Origin: Oopsacas minuta | Taxonomy: Eukaryota > Animalia > Porifera | DNA length: 64,000 nucleotides | Assembly (NCBI GenBank): GCA_024704765.1 | Contig: JAKMXF010000244.1 | Span: 363,905 to 427,904 of the forward strand | Reading direction: 5' to 3' | Shown here: piece by piece, positions 14,200 through 26,477 of the stretch | How positions within the stretch are numbered: the first letter of the stretch is position 1 | Layout: every line of letters starts with the position of its first letter | Program-made: the position numbers and the translations under genes | The notes under the pieces: generated by a model | Told to the model about the DNA's origin: nothing | What the model saw: the letters and a program-made list of their open reading frames with translations, nothing else | The model's database searches: none

Positions 14200-16150
14200 G
14201 TGAAGCGTTTATGGGAAATTTCAAATTGTTGAAATTCATTCCATTCATCGTAGTTTGGGAAACATACTGCAAGATCAGGAGCCATTAGGAAACGAAACGC
14301 TCTAACCACTTGGGAGGATATGATGTTTCACTGTATTGATGCTACTATACCCAGAAAATATGTACTACTGGAGATAAGTTAATTTTAGAAGCTGAAATCA
14401 AGAAAGAGACCACTTCCATGTTAACTAACAAGGGACTTAGATACAGATTGAAGCCGTTTAGATTTGATATGTTCTATTGCAGAGAATGAGAAAGTTGATG
14501 CCAAACAATTGCAACATATGCTCTACAAATTTTTGTGAGTAATATCAGATATAAGAAAACACAGCTAATTCTTGTGAAGAGCCAATAAATAAAGAACTTT
14601 TGGTGTGATCTCAATTATATGCCTAGTATAAATCCGTCTTTTTGCTGGATTTTCTCGAGATTAGCATGCTAAATATACTAATATGCGTAAATTATATAAG
14701 AGAGAAACCATTGTAATACCCCATGCAAGAGGAGAGATGCAAACTTAACACAATGAAACCTCTGAAATCGGAGCACTTGAATTTCGCGAAAATATTTTCT
14801 CATACAAATGAACCTCTGGAATCGGGGAAATAGCGACAATCAGAGAATCGGGACAAACCCTGAAAATCTAATTCTTTCAGCTTGCATAGAACTAATACTA
14901 AAATACCCTACGCATCGGGGCATCAATACTGAAATCAACTCAATAAATTTTTATTTTCCCAATTACTATCGAATAAAACACAATATAAATGCTACGTTAG
15001 TGAACAAGAAATCAATTCAATCCGCCTCTGAGAGTAAATATGTGCTACACAGAGCCTACACTAACATTGCGAGAGGAATTGGCTAATCTTTGTCTGCTTC
15101 TGAAACTTTTCTGCTACCTTTCTGACCTCGTCAGCGTGTACTGCGCACCACTCAGCTTCGACTTGCTTCCCCTGATCCTGAAAGAATATCTCCAGGTCTA
15201 GGAGAGACTGGGTGTTCAGGATAAGCAATTTGTAGCAGAATGAAATACTTTAACGTTACAGTGTGAATAGCAATACGAAACAATAGTATGACATAATATG
15301 AACTACAAATATACGGAAAGTGATGATTTTGACTCAATACCACATTGAAATCCAGAATCAGGGAATTTCCACAATCGGGGCGTCAGAAATATTCCCAGTA
15401 TCCCGCATGCCCCGATTCCAGAGGCTTCACTGTATTGTCTTCAGAAATCATTGATATACAAATTGCAAATGATGGAAAGATCGGATTAGGATTTCATATA
15501 AAACTCTAATTCCAGATACACTATGACCACTCGAGATTATCCCACAGTACACTAATACAAACTATCAATCAACAGTAACATTTCTGGTGGTCGGATGGAT
15601 TTGGAAGACATAAATTCACATCTTAATTGCCTTCAAGATGCTTTCGATTATCGACTTATTTGATAATTCACTCTGGTCTAATAGTACCCCTAATTCCCCA
15701 CTCTTTGTTCGACCAGTTGCACTATTAGCCCGAAGAAAACGAAGAAAGTGTTAAAGTTCTATTTGAATTATTCGGTACTTAAATTGCCATTGATAAAAGT
15801 AGCAACAATTGGCATTATTATTGGATATGGATAGAGTGGTAATGACAATATAAATTGTAGAAGACTGTGTAGTCTACACAAATCATGTATTTTTGGTATT
15901 TAGAAGTTATTACGCACAAAATATCATTAAGAATTTATTGAGCAACCCAAGTATTAAAAATGAATAAGTGGTGTTTTCGCATGTTGTAGATCTTGGTTAC
16001 TGGCCCAAATATTTAATCAAAAAAGTCTAGAAAAGCGTTACTTTGCATAGCGTATCTCACTTATATGTTATGATTGATTCTTGAAAGATGGTTCGTATGT
16101 ATGGGACAATGATCACTCGAATAACCGGCCTTCCAGGATGCTCAACGACC
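14200..16150 (+). pseudogene. Third RAG1-like transposase relic, interrupted by a pogo MITE
   Basis: Fragments LTTWEDMMFH, LTNKGLRYRLKP, SDGFGRHK, LWSNSTPNSPLFVRPVALLA..ENEESVK match element 1 (ITTWNAIPFH, LSTKGLRSRL, DGSGSHR, IWKNPLPNSSFSIRPVVILALQENEDNIR) in the same order. Boundaries are approximate. Confidence 0.72.
14751..15432. mobile_element. pogo/Tigger-like non-autonomous element
   Basis: Ends CAATGAAACCTCTGAAATCGG and CCGATTCCAGAGGCTTCACTG|TA, with internal GAATCGGG repeats. Confidence 0.75.
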
Positions 16151-16243
16151 AAAGTCCTGTTGCCAGCGGCCATAAGAATAAATAAATCGATGAATTTACA
16201 GGCCACATTATGTAATTTGTCATTCCTAAGTTCTTTGTTCCAG

Positions 16244-16542
16244 CTCTCGCAATGTTAGTGTAGGCTCTGTGTAGCACATATTTACTCTCAGAGGCGGATT
16301 GAATTGATTTCTTGTTCACTAACGTAGCATTTATATTGTGTTTTATTCGATAGTAATTGGGAAAATAAAAATTTATTGAGTTGATTTCAGTATTGATGCC
16401 CTGATGCGTAGGGTATTTTAGTATTAGTTCTATGCAAGCTGAAAGAATTAGATTTTCAGGGTTTGTCCCGATTCCAGAGGTTCATTTGTATGAGAAAATA
16501 TTTTCGCGAAATTCAAGTGCTCCGATTTCAGAGGTTTTCCTG
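16244..16542 (-). repeat. Inverted partial copy of the 14751 element
   Basis: 16244-16537 is the reverse complement of 14756-15075, differing by one substitution and a 26-bp indel. Confidence 0.95.
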
Positions 16543-18892
16543 TACTTTTATCTCTGATATGTCACCATTTAGTAGTTTTGTAAATATCTGAAATGTATGG
16601 ATCTCAACAAAAAGTATCGCAATAAAATATACTCTAGCATTCATGGCTCCTTAGGATCCAGCTTGGGCTTTTGAGCACATGATAGGGGTGGCCCACGCCA
16701 CATTTTGCCACACCCTGGCTAGGCCTATCCACACTAAGATACAATGGGACTTCGAACTGGAAACGAAGAAACGATCAGGTCATTTGGGCTAAACATCTAC
16801 ATAAAAGAACCAGAACAAGAAGAGATCAAAATTAAAACTAACCCCACGCTGGGCAGAAGGTATATCTTGTGTAAATCATCAAAAAATTAAAGAATATAAA
16901 ACAAAACACTTTACACTGAGCCAAGCGCATATGAAGCTAAGAAGATATAGATTCCGAGATGAAATTACTAGGTCAAAATCAAAGGAATACTTACAATTCT
17001 CACCTAATTTGATTGGTCAATGTGTTAAGTTATTTAGCGTGAATTTTGGGAACAAGTGTTTTTAGAGGAATTCAAACCTAGTGAGGCCAAATGTCATGGT
17101 TTCCAAACGGAGATATGACGGATTGACCGTCAATAATGATTATTAAATTGCGGTAGTCGACGATTAGCTGTATACCACAGGCAATAATCATTCCAATCTA
17201 ATCGAATCAACTTTTAACAACCAGATTGGTACTCTGTATCAAATTTCCACTAATTTCATGGGTAACTTGACCATACTCCGAACAGTTTTGAGAATGGAAT
17301 GTAGCACATTCATACTTTGTCAAGAAAAGTTATTTCCAAAAGATGGCAAAGGAACTAGTATATAAAAGCGGAATACAAATTCCGCATAGATGTTCGATTC
17401 GACATATAAAATGAAAGTAATGAGAAATTGGACGCATTGAGCTCGAAATGTGCTAGATTAACCAAATTATACACCAAAATGAAAATAACTCTCGTATTTT
17501 AAGATTTGACGTAAGAGAATATTCAGCTTTTGTCTGATTGATCACATCCCCTGATTCCCGTCAAAAAAGGTTGAACATGTATTGTTTGCAACCATTGTTG
17601 AATTTATGATAATCTCAAAACCCTTTTGGTTCAATAAACGGTCGAAATATGAAAATATTGTAGATTGAGAATGTTTAAATTCATTCGACCTCGCTTCCAT
17701 AAAGAGAATTATCTCCTAAGAGCCGATGCCCCTGTTCAACTCCCAAATAGGTCTATTCAAAGGTACAGGAGAAGGAAAATCGAAGGCTTTCTTCTCCAAC
17801 CATTGAAAGCCTTGTGGCTCGAAAACAGACGAAGTTAGACATGCTTTAAGCAGGGAAAAGTGAAAAAGTTTCAGAAGATGTTTATTTTAAACTCTTATAA
17901 CTCCATCAGTTTTGGAGGTGCAAGGCAATGAACTGGTAAGATAGCCCTAACGATTCTCTTCCACCATGTTAAGTAGAAAAGGCCCATTCGGCTTTGAAGA
18001 GATAATTCTCGGTCAAGCAAGCTGGGCGAGTAATTTTTGAAATTTTGACTAATATACTTTTCAAATTGGATAGTACTTTGGGGCATAATGGAATTAATTC
18101 ATAATCAGCGTATATCTTCGTCCCTATATTCGGATCACATGACAACCTTTGAAAAAGTTTCGTTGATAACGCAGGGAATGTTCCATTCTCATAAGTGGTC
18201 GAAATATGGTCAATTTACCTATCAAATGGCTAATAATTTGATGCTGAGTACGAATTTCGTGGAAAAGTTGATTCGATGTGATTTGAAGGGTATCGCTTGG
18301 GGAAAATATCATCAAATTCGTCACCTGCAGCTAACTAAAATAACTTTTGAAGGTCAATAGGTCATAACACAGCTTGGGAACAGTGACCTTTGGATTCAGC
18401 AGGTCTGAGTTACCCTAAAACCACTAGTTCCCCACAATTAACAGCAAATGCATTGACAACAAATTAGAACAAATGGAACCAGGCTAAATTGAATAGGCTA
18501 ACATATAAAATGGATATCAAGCACATGATAGAATATAGTCCATTGACTAGGTTGTAAATGTACCCATAAATATACAATGGGCATAATAAACTTTCTAGAG
18601 CTTTCTTAAAGAAATCGACCAAATTTAACAACACATTTACGATATCAGCAATTAGAAATTAGAGTAAAATTCTATTGTCATAATCAGTTTCCTCGATTTC
18701 AAATCGTTGAAATAATTAAATGCGACTCAAAAAGACAATTTTGGAAATATTTTCGGACAATTGTAAGTATTCTCAATTCTTAAAAATTAGAAATCTCACT
18801 ATGGATGGTATAGAAACATAATTAAAAGCCTGACGACTTAGGAAAAACTACAATTAAAAAAGGAAAATTATTTAACAACAATATGAACTAAC

Positions 18893-19157
18893 ATGTTGGT
18901 AGAAATCTGGTGAAAGGTGAGTAATAGGAGTTAAATACAACATTCCTACCACGAATGAACAAATTGCTTCATCCTTATGTTCATAATATAACTGTGTATT
19001 GGAGTGTAAACAACACAACAACATATTGCACTCTTCTCTCATGGGTTTATCCAAAAAAAATATAAATAATCTTGTTACTACATCTAAAGCGTGCATCCTT
19101 GACTCTGTTGGTATAGAAGCAGATTCATACAAAAGAGTCAGACCTAGATGTGAGAGC
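18893..19157 (-). CDS. UBR4: UBR4 exon (LSHLGLTLLYES...CNMLLCCLHSNTQLYYEHKDEAI...LSPDFYQH)
   Basis: Resembles human SKSLLASLHTSRSAYHSHKDQALL...LDPEVFQR. Acceptor ttctttttag, donor GTTAGT; phase 2/0. Confidence 0.88.
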
Positions 19158-19414
19158 CTAAAAAGAACAATAGTACATAAACCGAGATCAAAATAAGAGT
19201 AGAGTATGCTTATAACGAGAAAACAAACATATAATATAAACGTGACTTTGTTAAGGTCTATCTAATAGCATAGGCGTAGACACGCTCCTATGCTGGAACT
19301 TGTCATGCTACATAAGAAAAAATGTAGGCAGGTGGTTAGACTTTGCGCAACTTTAAATATAGTATTCTTTGAGTGCGATAAATCCCGAGACGTAGATGCT
19401 CTGCTTTGATCTAC

Positions 19415-19485
19415 CGTGGTGCACATGATTCTTTTCCTGCATAGAGTGTTATTGGAGCCATCTTTTGAACGATTTGTCCATACAA
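19415..19485 (-). CDS. UBR4: Probable 71-bp UBR4 exon (LYGQIVQKMAPITLYAGKESCAPR)
   Basis: The only candidate I found that supplies the expected xYG motif (human IYGKTKE) and the required phase 0/2. Splice sites are weak (AAG acceptor, GTAGAT donor). Confidence 0.55.
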
Positions 19486-22400
19486 CTTATAAATACAAAT
19501 CTTAAAAAATATTGCATGGAATAGACTCCCGATCTGGTCATTTCTAGCTTGGCCAGTGTAAATTCTTTTTACTTCGAGCCTGTTGAATAATTGACTAAAG
19601 TGTTTTCAACAGTCGGGTAAGGAATCTGAGAAATTCATGAAAGGAAATTAAAAACAGAATTTTGATGGAAAATTTTAACAAGGGCCATATCTTTCTGCCA
19701 CACCTCAGCCGCAGATATAAAAACTTTGGAATTATTACGACAACAAACTGGGTTCCGAAAAATGGAAACACCATCAATGCTAACGTCGTTCTAGCAAATT
19801 TGTTGACATCAACAGATTTACCAATAATGTGGTCTCCACAATATCGACTTATGGTTTTGAATAACGAAGTGGCTAGAGTGTCGGCAATGCATATAAATAA
19901 TTGCCACATTTTCTATCATCAATAATCGCTTAAACGATATAATGTATTTTTCGGCTTCCTTCAAAGTAATCTAATTTCCATTAATTCTTCAATTAGTAAC
20001 TGAATTACTATTATGATAAAATATCCTCCTTTGCCCTTACGCAAGAAATAAATATTTCGAGAATCTTCACATTCAATTCCACTGACCAAAAGAAATGTTT
20101 TAATACCGGATTTCGATTGGGGCTTTTTCCCAAATATAATCGACGTGTAGGGATACCGTGGGACATATTTATCTTTGTATTAATTAGCCCGTGTTAGACT
20201 CTTACATTTGAGCGATGATATTCATCCTCTAATTGTAGGACAGCGATAGAGATATTTTCTGTATTATAAGTATAATTTATTCGAGTGCCTGCACGGGGCC
20301 CAACAATTCCTTATATTCTAATAATTATTTATGCTTTCACTGGACGGAATTTGCGAATACTATTTTCAAACTATAATAGAACTTGCATGATATTGAGGAC
20401 CTCTTTTAATTCAGCATTCCGCCACTATTTGCATATCCTAACGTGTCTTGGATTATAGTTATGTTTCACTGTATTAGCAAACAGCGGATTGATGGCTGCA
20501 AGAATTATCTATCAGTGCTCTTTAGGCATTTAATTTTGTGTGATAGTATACATGGAATGTAAAAATTGAATAGCTCTCCCTTTCATTAATTATCACAAAT
20601 ATACAGATTCAGGCGTATAAAAATTAAGATTAGCGCAACTTGCTCCCACTTGTATTACTCCGTGTTTTGAATTCTTGAGAGCTACACTTTATAACAAAGG
20701 CAAATAGATAATTTGAAAAAATCTTTGGTATGAATAGAATGTTAGTCTTATAACCCTAAGCGTAACACTAGTATTCCGCTATGGTCAACTTCCTATTCAC
20801 TAATAATATAATTAATTTGTTTCTTGTGAATCCTATTCGAGATATTTAGACATTTACCATAAAGATGACGATCATATACAAATATGAGAAAGTTGACTAT
20901 TACAGAATGAACCTCCGTTGTCTAATAGTTTCCTGTCAATTATACGTATTTCCTAAAGATACATAATGTCATTCTCTGTTTTGGCAGAAATTGTTACTGT
21001 AACTACAAAACATAGAGCTAAGATTTTAAACAATTTTACATTTACAGTTCTTACACAATTTGTCATGATATATTGCTTAGAACTTCTTATCATAGGTAAA
21101 TTACAGAAATATCCCTTTTCGTATGATGAAATACCCAATGTCTATTCCCTGGGAATTTTATGCACAATTTCAAGTGCACAATGTGACATTATATTTCTGT
21201 AGGAAATACGTAAAAACTAACAGGAAAATATTAAGCAGTGGGGACTGACCAGTATAATAATAATGTCTAAAGATCATATAGAAAGTACTCTTTATGCATT
21301 CCAAAAGAATGAATATTATTCGGAAATGAAACTCTAAACGGAATTTAATTGGAAATCGTATTTCCAGGATATTTTTGGATATATTTGCAGAAATAAGTGA
21401 CCAAATTTCCAATGTAGTACCGGAATTATAATCGTTCGAATTATGACCTATAAAGCTTTCTGACAATTGAGACTCGCTCCTTGGTTTGGTACAAGCCTTG
21501 TATTCCTCCAACAACTCTGATATGTAAGCGTCGTAGCCTTCAACGGCTTGGGAATATATTTATTGACCTATGTTGCAGCCGAATAGTTTCAATATTCGTT
21601 AAGCGGAATGTCTCAAGCGAATAGTTGAATATTCCTTGACTTGGACGAAGAGAATATCTGTATTCGGTTGGCATAAACCAAATATTATCAGTAGTATTCG
21701 GTTGATTTAACCGAGTATATCAGTATTAAGTTAGGCTACTATCCATGAATACTGATTTTTGATTCAAGAGGTTTCACACTAGGAGCATATAAGAAGGCTT
21801 GGCCTTGCACTAACAAGGCATAAAGATAACTTGTGGATTTGGCGGGGGAGGGTGGAACAAATACGTTTTGTGTAATTCTGGTATACAACACAACAGAACA
21901 ACAAATTAACAATCTATACTCTATAATATTTCAGGAAACTGGCAAAATCTGGATCTTTTAAAAAATTTGTTTATTAAATATCCCTTCTTCATAGGAGTAA
22001 CGATTCCAGTAAAATCTAAGGAATCTGAGGGGTTGAGGGCGGGTAACAAGAGTCACAGTACTATACCATATATTTTGTCATTGTTAACCTCGAAATTAGC
22101 TAAGATAGTAAAATTTCAAGGAAATAAATCAATTTCACTTAGCCTTGCACTTTCGATGTATTTACTCTCCCTCAGGTTAGCTTAAAGAATGATTTAAAGA
22201 ATGAGTGAGCCGGCAGTACGTGGAACATAACAACGTGCCATCAGAAATGCAAAATGGTTAAGACATCTTATGACTGAGTGTTACTGAAATAAGTATGACT
22301 AGAACAATATGCCAAATTTGGTATTATACATGTGCATAAAAATAGTTAGGGTAATCATCATAAAAATGCTTTTGATATGTAGTTAAAGGGACACTAGATT

Positions 22401-23608
22401 TCATGGAGTATATGTAGCAATGACATGATCACAGTTACCTGTTTGTATTAAATATTTATGGGTAAAAATAATCAGGTGAAAATTTTTAGCTTAAAATATT
22501 ATGGCTAAAGTGTTGCATTAGTAACAAAAAGGAACAATAAATTTTACTACTTCGTTTCAACCAATTTTCGCAACTTTTTCGAGATTTTAGCACCTTTTTG
22601 AAGTAATAAAATCACACATTTTCACTGCAGTATTCGAGTAAGACAGTTGCAGCACGACAAGCCCGGATATGGCTGAATTTTCCTCGTATTGTAGCATATT
22701 ATCTTAGCAAATTTGACTTTTGACATTTGGGTTATTATATTAATCGACCAATTTTTACTCTGATACATCAGAACTTAATGAGATAATGACAATGAGCCAC
22801 CGTCCGAATGCAGGCTCAGGTGGAATTCATAAGGAGCGAAAACAAGTTTCACATTAACAGTGGCATAATGTAAACAATAGTTTTACAAAAAGGATAATCA
22901 ATGATATTGGTATACATACCTCTCAAATTCAGTTTCCTGTTTATTTAATTCAACTTGAGGTTCTGAAGATTCTTCAAACTGTGAGGATTGTTGAGCTAAT
23001 TGAGTTTTTACAATTAATCTTTCAGTATCTGGTATATCAACCCAACCAAATTCCTCTTTAGTTTTCGAATATATCTAGAAAACCATCCGGTAAAATACAC
23101 AAGAGAATACATTGATATAGATGTCAGCAATTTTCCCACATGCCAGATTAGTCTCGGGGATTTTGCTAAACAAGTGTTGACTGTGACTCAAATTATGTGG
23201 GAAATGATCATAACATTAAATGTCTTTTTGTCAGTAGATGGATTGTGGGTGAAAATTGTATCGTAAACAATTCACAATTTGGTAACAAAAATATTAGGAT
23301 CAAATTATTACTTCCTCGCGATAATATATCATTAAAGAAAATCACAAAGGAACTTTAGAATTAAACAGAGGGTGCTTACTTTGGCCGGTTGAATGCTCTA
23401 AATGATTCAAAGTGTTTTGTAGGTTGACAACAATTACATTGGAAGATAAACCTTGAAACAAGACGAAATATTCGGGAACAAGCAAATTTATTCTGATCAT
23501 TCAAATAAAAACTGAGTCTAGTGAATTTGAAAGGTGATTAATGATGATAAAAAGGCAGCAATACATCGTGTATAACCGTGTATTAAAGGATTACATATGC
23601 TACCAGTA

Positions 23609-23788
23609 CAGTAGAATTCGGATATGACGTACACTCTCAGGAAACAAAATTAATACGTACTAACCGAAGTTTGTCTTCTGCGAAAATTTTCATCATATTG
23701 GTAGAAAATTGATAATCCGTCATTGGAAAAAGTATGTACCAAACGAAAGTAGGTCTTAAGCCGAGTACGACATATCCGAGTTCTAGGG
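23609..23788. mobile_element. pogo-like MITE
   Basis: TA|CAGTAGAATTCGGATATGACGTAC...GTACGACATATCCGAGTTCTAGGG. Confidence 0.55.
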
Positions 23789-25700
23789 CATGTCAAAAAT
23801 ATCGTACTTTTACTTATTGTAAGCATAAATACACTTGAATTTTTACATTTAATCAACAAAAATATGCTTATGTAGCATATTATGTTTATTAACTCAAGGC
23901 GATTGCTGGCAATATGGTGAGATGAAGAAACTCTATACTGGGAAGAATAACCTATTTCAATAGTCTCAAATACCAAGTAGAACGGTGGGAAAAGATTCAA
24001 CTCCAGAATTCAGCGCCACTGGAAGTAAAGTCGAATGGTATGTTTGCTTGCCCTCTCAATATTAATGTCTTATGGGAAACAACATAGTTTTGATAGTTAT
24101 CACTATTGATCGTACTTCTCTTTCATGAGGAGATAAAAGGCGTCAATACATTACTCGCGGTGCTTCGCAATTTCCAATAGTCGAGATCGACTGTTTTCTA
24201 TCCCATACGAAATAACGAAACCCCGATTCGTCACAAGTGCTGCTAAGATGACAAGGGTTTCTCCTATTTACGTGATTTGAGAATTTTGGAATACCTTGAG
24301 TCTAAACAATGGTTGGGGTAGATCACTTTAAGATGATTACGATCAATAATTTTCAAGTGATTGTTACTACGATTTCGTTACGATCAATGATAACGATTAT
24401 GATTACGATTACGATTCAAACCGTAATCAACCCCAACCCTGGCTTAGACATTAGTTTTCTTTGGCTCTTCGGAAAAAGGGTTCAGTAGTATATTTCCACA
24501 ACCTCAACTACGCAATAAATTCATAAATTTCACGAAATAACTAAACAATATACGTCTAGCATTATGTCGTCATCTTACATTATACTCAATCATCATATGA
24601 AACCAACAGTGTTAAGATTTGTCATGAATCCAATTTAATTCAAAACTAATCATTTGAGTATATAACTAAATTTGAATTTACTGAAAGTATGTATAAATTC
24701 GAAATAAAAAAGATAAGGAAATCATAAATTTGCTTAGTGAATAAGATCCAAGCTGCTACAACTAATATTGGGAGAAATTTGCTCATTTATGAAGAAGGTA
24801 TTTGATCCAGGTAGAGTTTATGGGATGCAATTTTGATTTGTAGGGCCCCACTCTTGTTCTTCTCTAAATAATCTTTAGCATACCATTCTCAAATGAAGTA
24901 AATGAATTTTTTACTATGATGTACTTATTTGCAACCTGTGTAAATTTCCAGGTGGCCACTTGAGTATATTTTGCTGCTTGGTAAAAATACTTTCACAGAA
25001 TTCATTTCAAAAATTATGTCCTTACTCAATCAATTACTTACTTGTTTGAAACAGGCACAACAGAATATAGTTCTATACTAATCGGCCGTTTCAAGGACTT
25101 TCGCACAATGTTGCCATAACTTTCCCTGCGGTCTCCAAATATTCTCGTTGTTGTTCACAAATCGCTTAGAGATACATGATGTAATCTAATGTTTTTAGGA
25201 TAAACAAGCAATATAATTGTGCAGTTTATCAAAAAGATGTAATTGAAGCAATTTGGCCAAGCTTTAAATGTGAATAACATAATTATCATCAGTTTTCCTT
25301 TTCACCCAATATATATCTTGAATCATCACGTCATACTAATTTTCCTACAAAACAGTATGTGATACTTTTACTACCAAAATATTCACCAAAATCCAAAGAC
25401 CTGGCATCAAGCATAGTAAAGAGATTGGACATGTGATATTTAGACTAAGAAAGAAGAGTAAACCCAAACTATGGTTACACTGAGATCTGAGAGCTTAAAA
25501 TGAGATTTAAGAGAGGAAGCCTGCCAGATCCCGGGATACTCCTTAAGTTGTTTGAAAATGTTTCACGAATATAATCAAGTGACCACCAAGGAATAATGGA
25601 ATTTTAATGCTTATTATGTAATTCAGAATAAAATTTGATGGCCCTGGTAATCAATATTTGGCATTATTCAAATACTGAAATATCTAAGGAGCATGATATG

Positions 25701-26477
25701 CAGTGGCGTACCAAGCACCTTTGGTACCGAGGCGGAATCTGAAGTTACATTTCAGGCCAACTTGAAACTATTAGTCCAAACAAAGCAATAATAATCTATG
25801 TATTCTATGTAAAGATATGTTATATAATCCAAAGAAGAAGTAATAGAGTATTCAGTAGAAGTCTTAGCGAGTTCAGAGAATTTTTGAAACGCCGTCTTTC
25901 AAGGAAATTACAGAAATTATTTCCCTGTTTTCGATATCAAAAATGCGACCTGGAAATCGAGAGTTCATGGTTGGATCAATAAATTTCAGACAGAGAAAAC
26001 TGTCAAAAACCTAAATGGTAGGTCCAAAACCGTGCAAGTCATTCCGGGAGAAATAATTCTGAAGAATGTAATGGGAATTTTGGTCAAAAGTCCAAAAATG
26101 GAAAGATTTTCATGTTCTTCTAGAACAAGCTTTAATCCTCGTAGATTTCAAACTCCGATAACAACAGCTTGTATTCGTCTTGTACGCCATTTTAGTTCTA
26201 GAACTATAAGGTTTATATAATCTCCTAAATATTATGCATATTATAAGCTATTTGTTCGCGCCAGTTATTTTTGGCCCATCCTGTATGTGAGATGTTTGTT
26301 TCCAACGTAAGTTTTGAATATTATATAATGTTGATATGATGAATGTATTTTGTTAGACAGCGTATTATAGTCTAGCGGGTCTGTATAGGAACGCAGTAAC
26401 TACTTCTGGGATCTTAAAAATATGTAATATAATGTATCTCTCTAAGTCAAGGTTGGCACCCCTTTGCTACGCCACTG
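25701..26477. mobile_element. hAT-type non-autonomous element (777 bp)
   Basis: TIR CAGTGGCGTA / TACGCCACTG with a perfect 8-bp TSD ATGATATG at 25693-25700 and 26478-26485. Confidence 0.9.

Noticed and set aside
18219-18330. Apparent UBR4 exon (LQVTNLMIFSPSD...) with AG/GT sites
   Set aside because: Exon 11618-11897 matches the expected UBR4 sequence much better and in phase; this region is instead homologous to a dispersed repeat on the opposite strand.
19595-19909. Minus-strand 104-aa ORF as a UBR4 exon
   Set aside because: The weak similarity corresponds to a part of UBR4 already encoded at 11618 and 3000, and would be out of order here.
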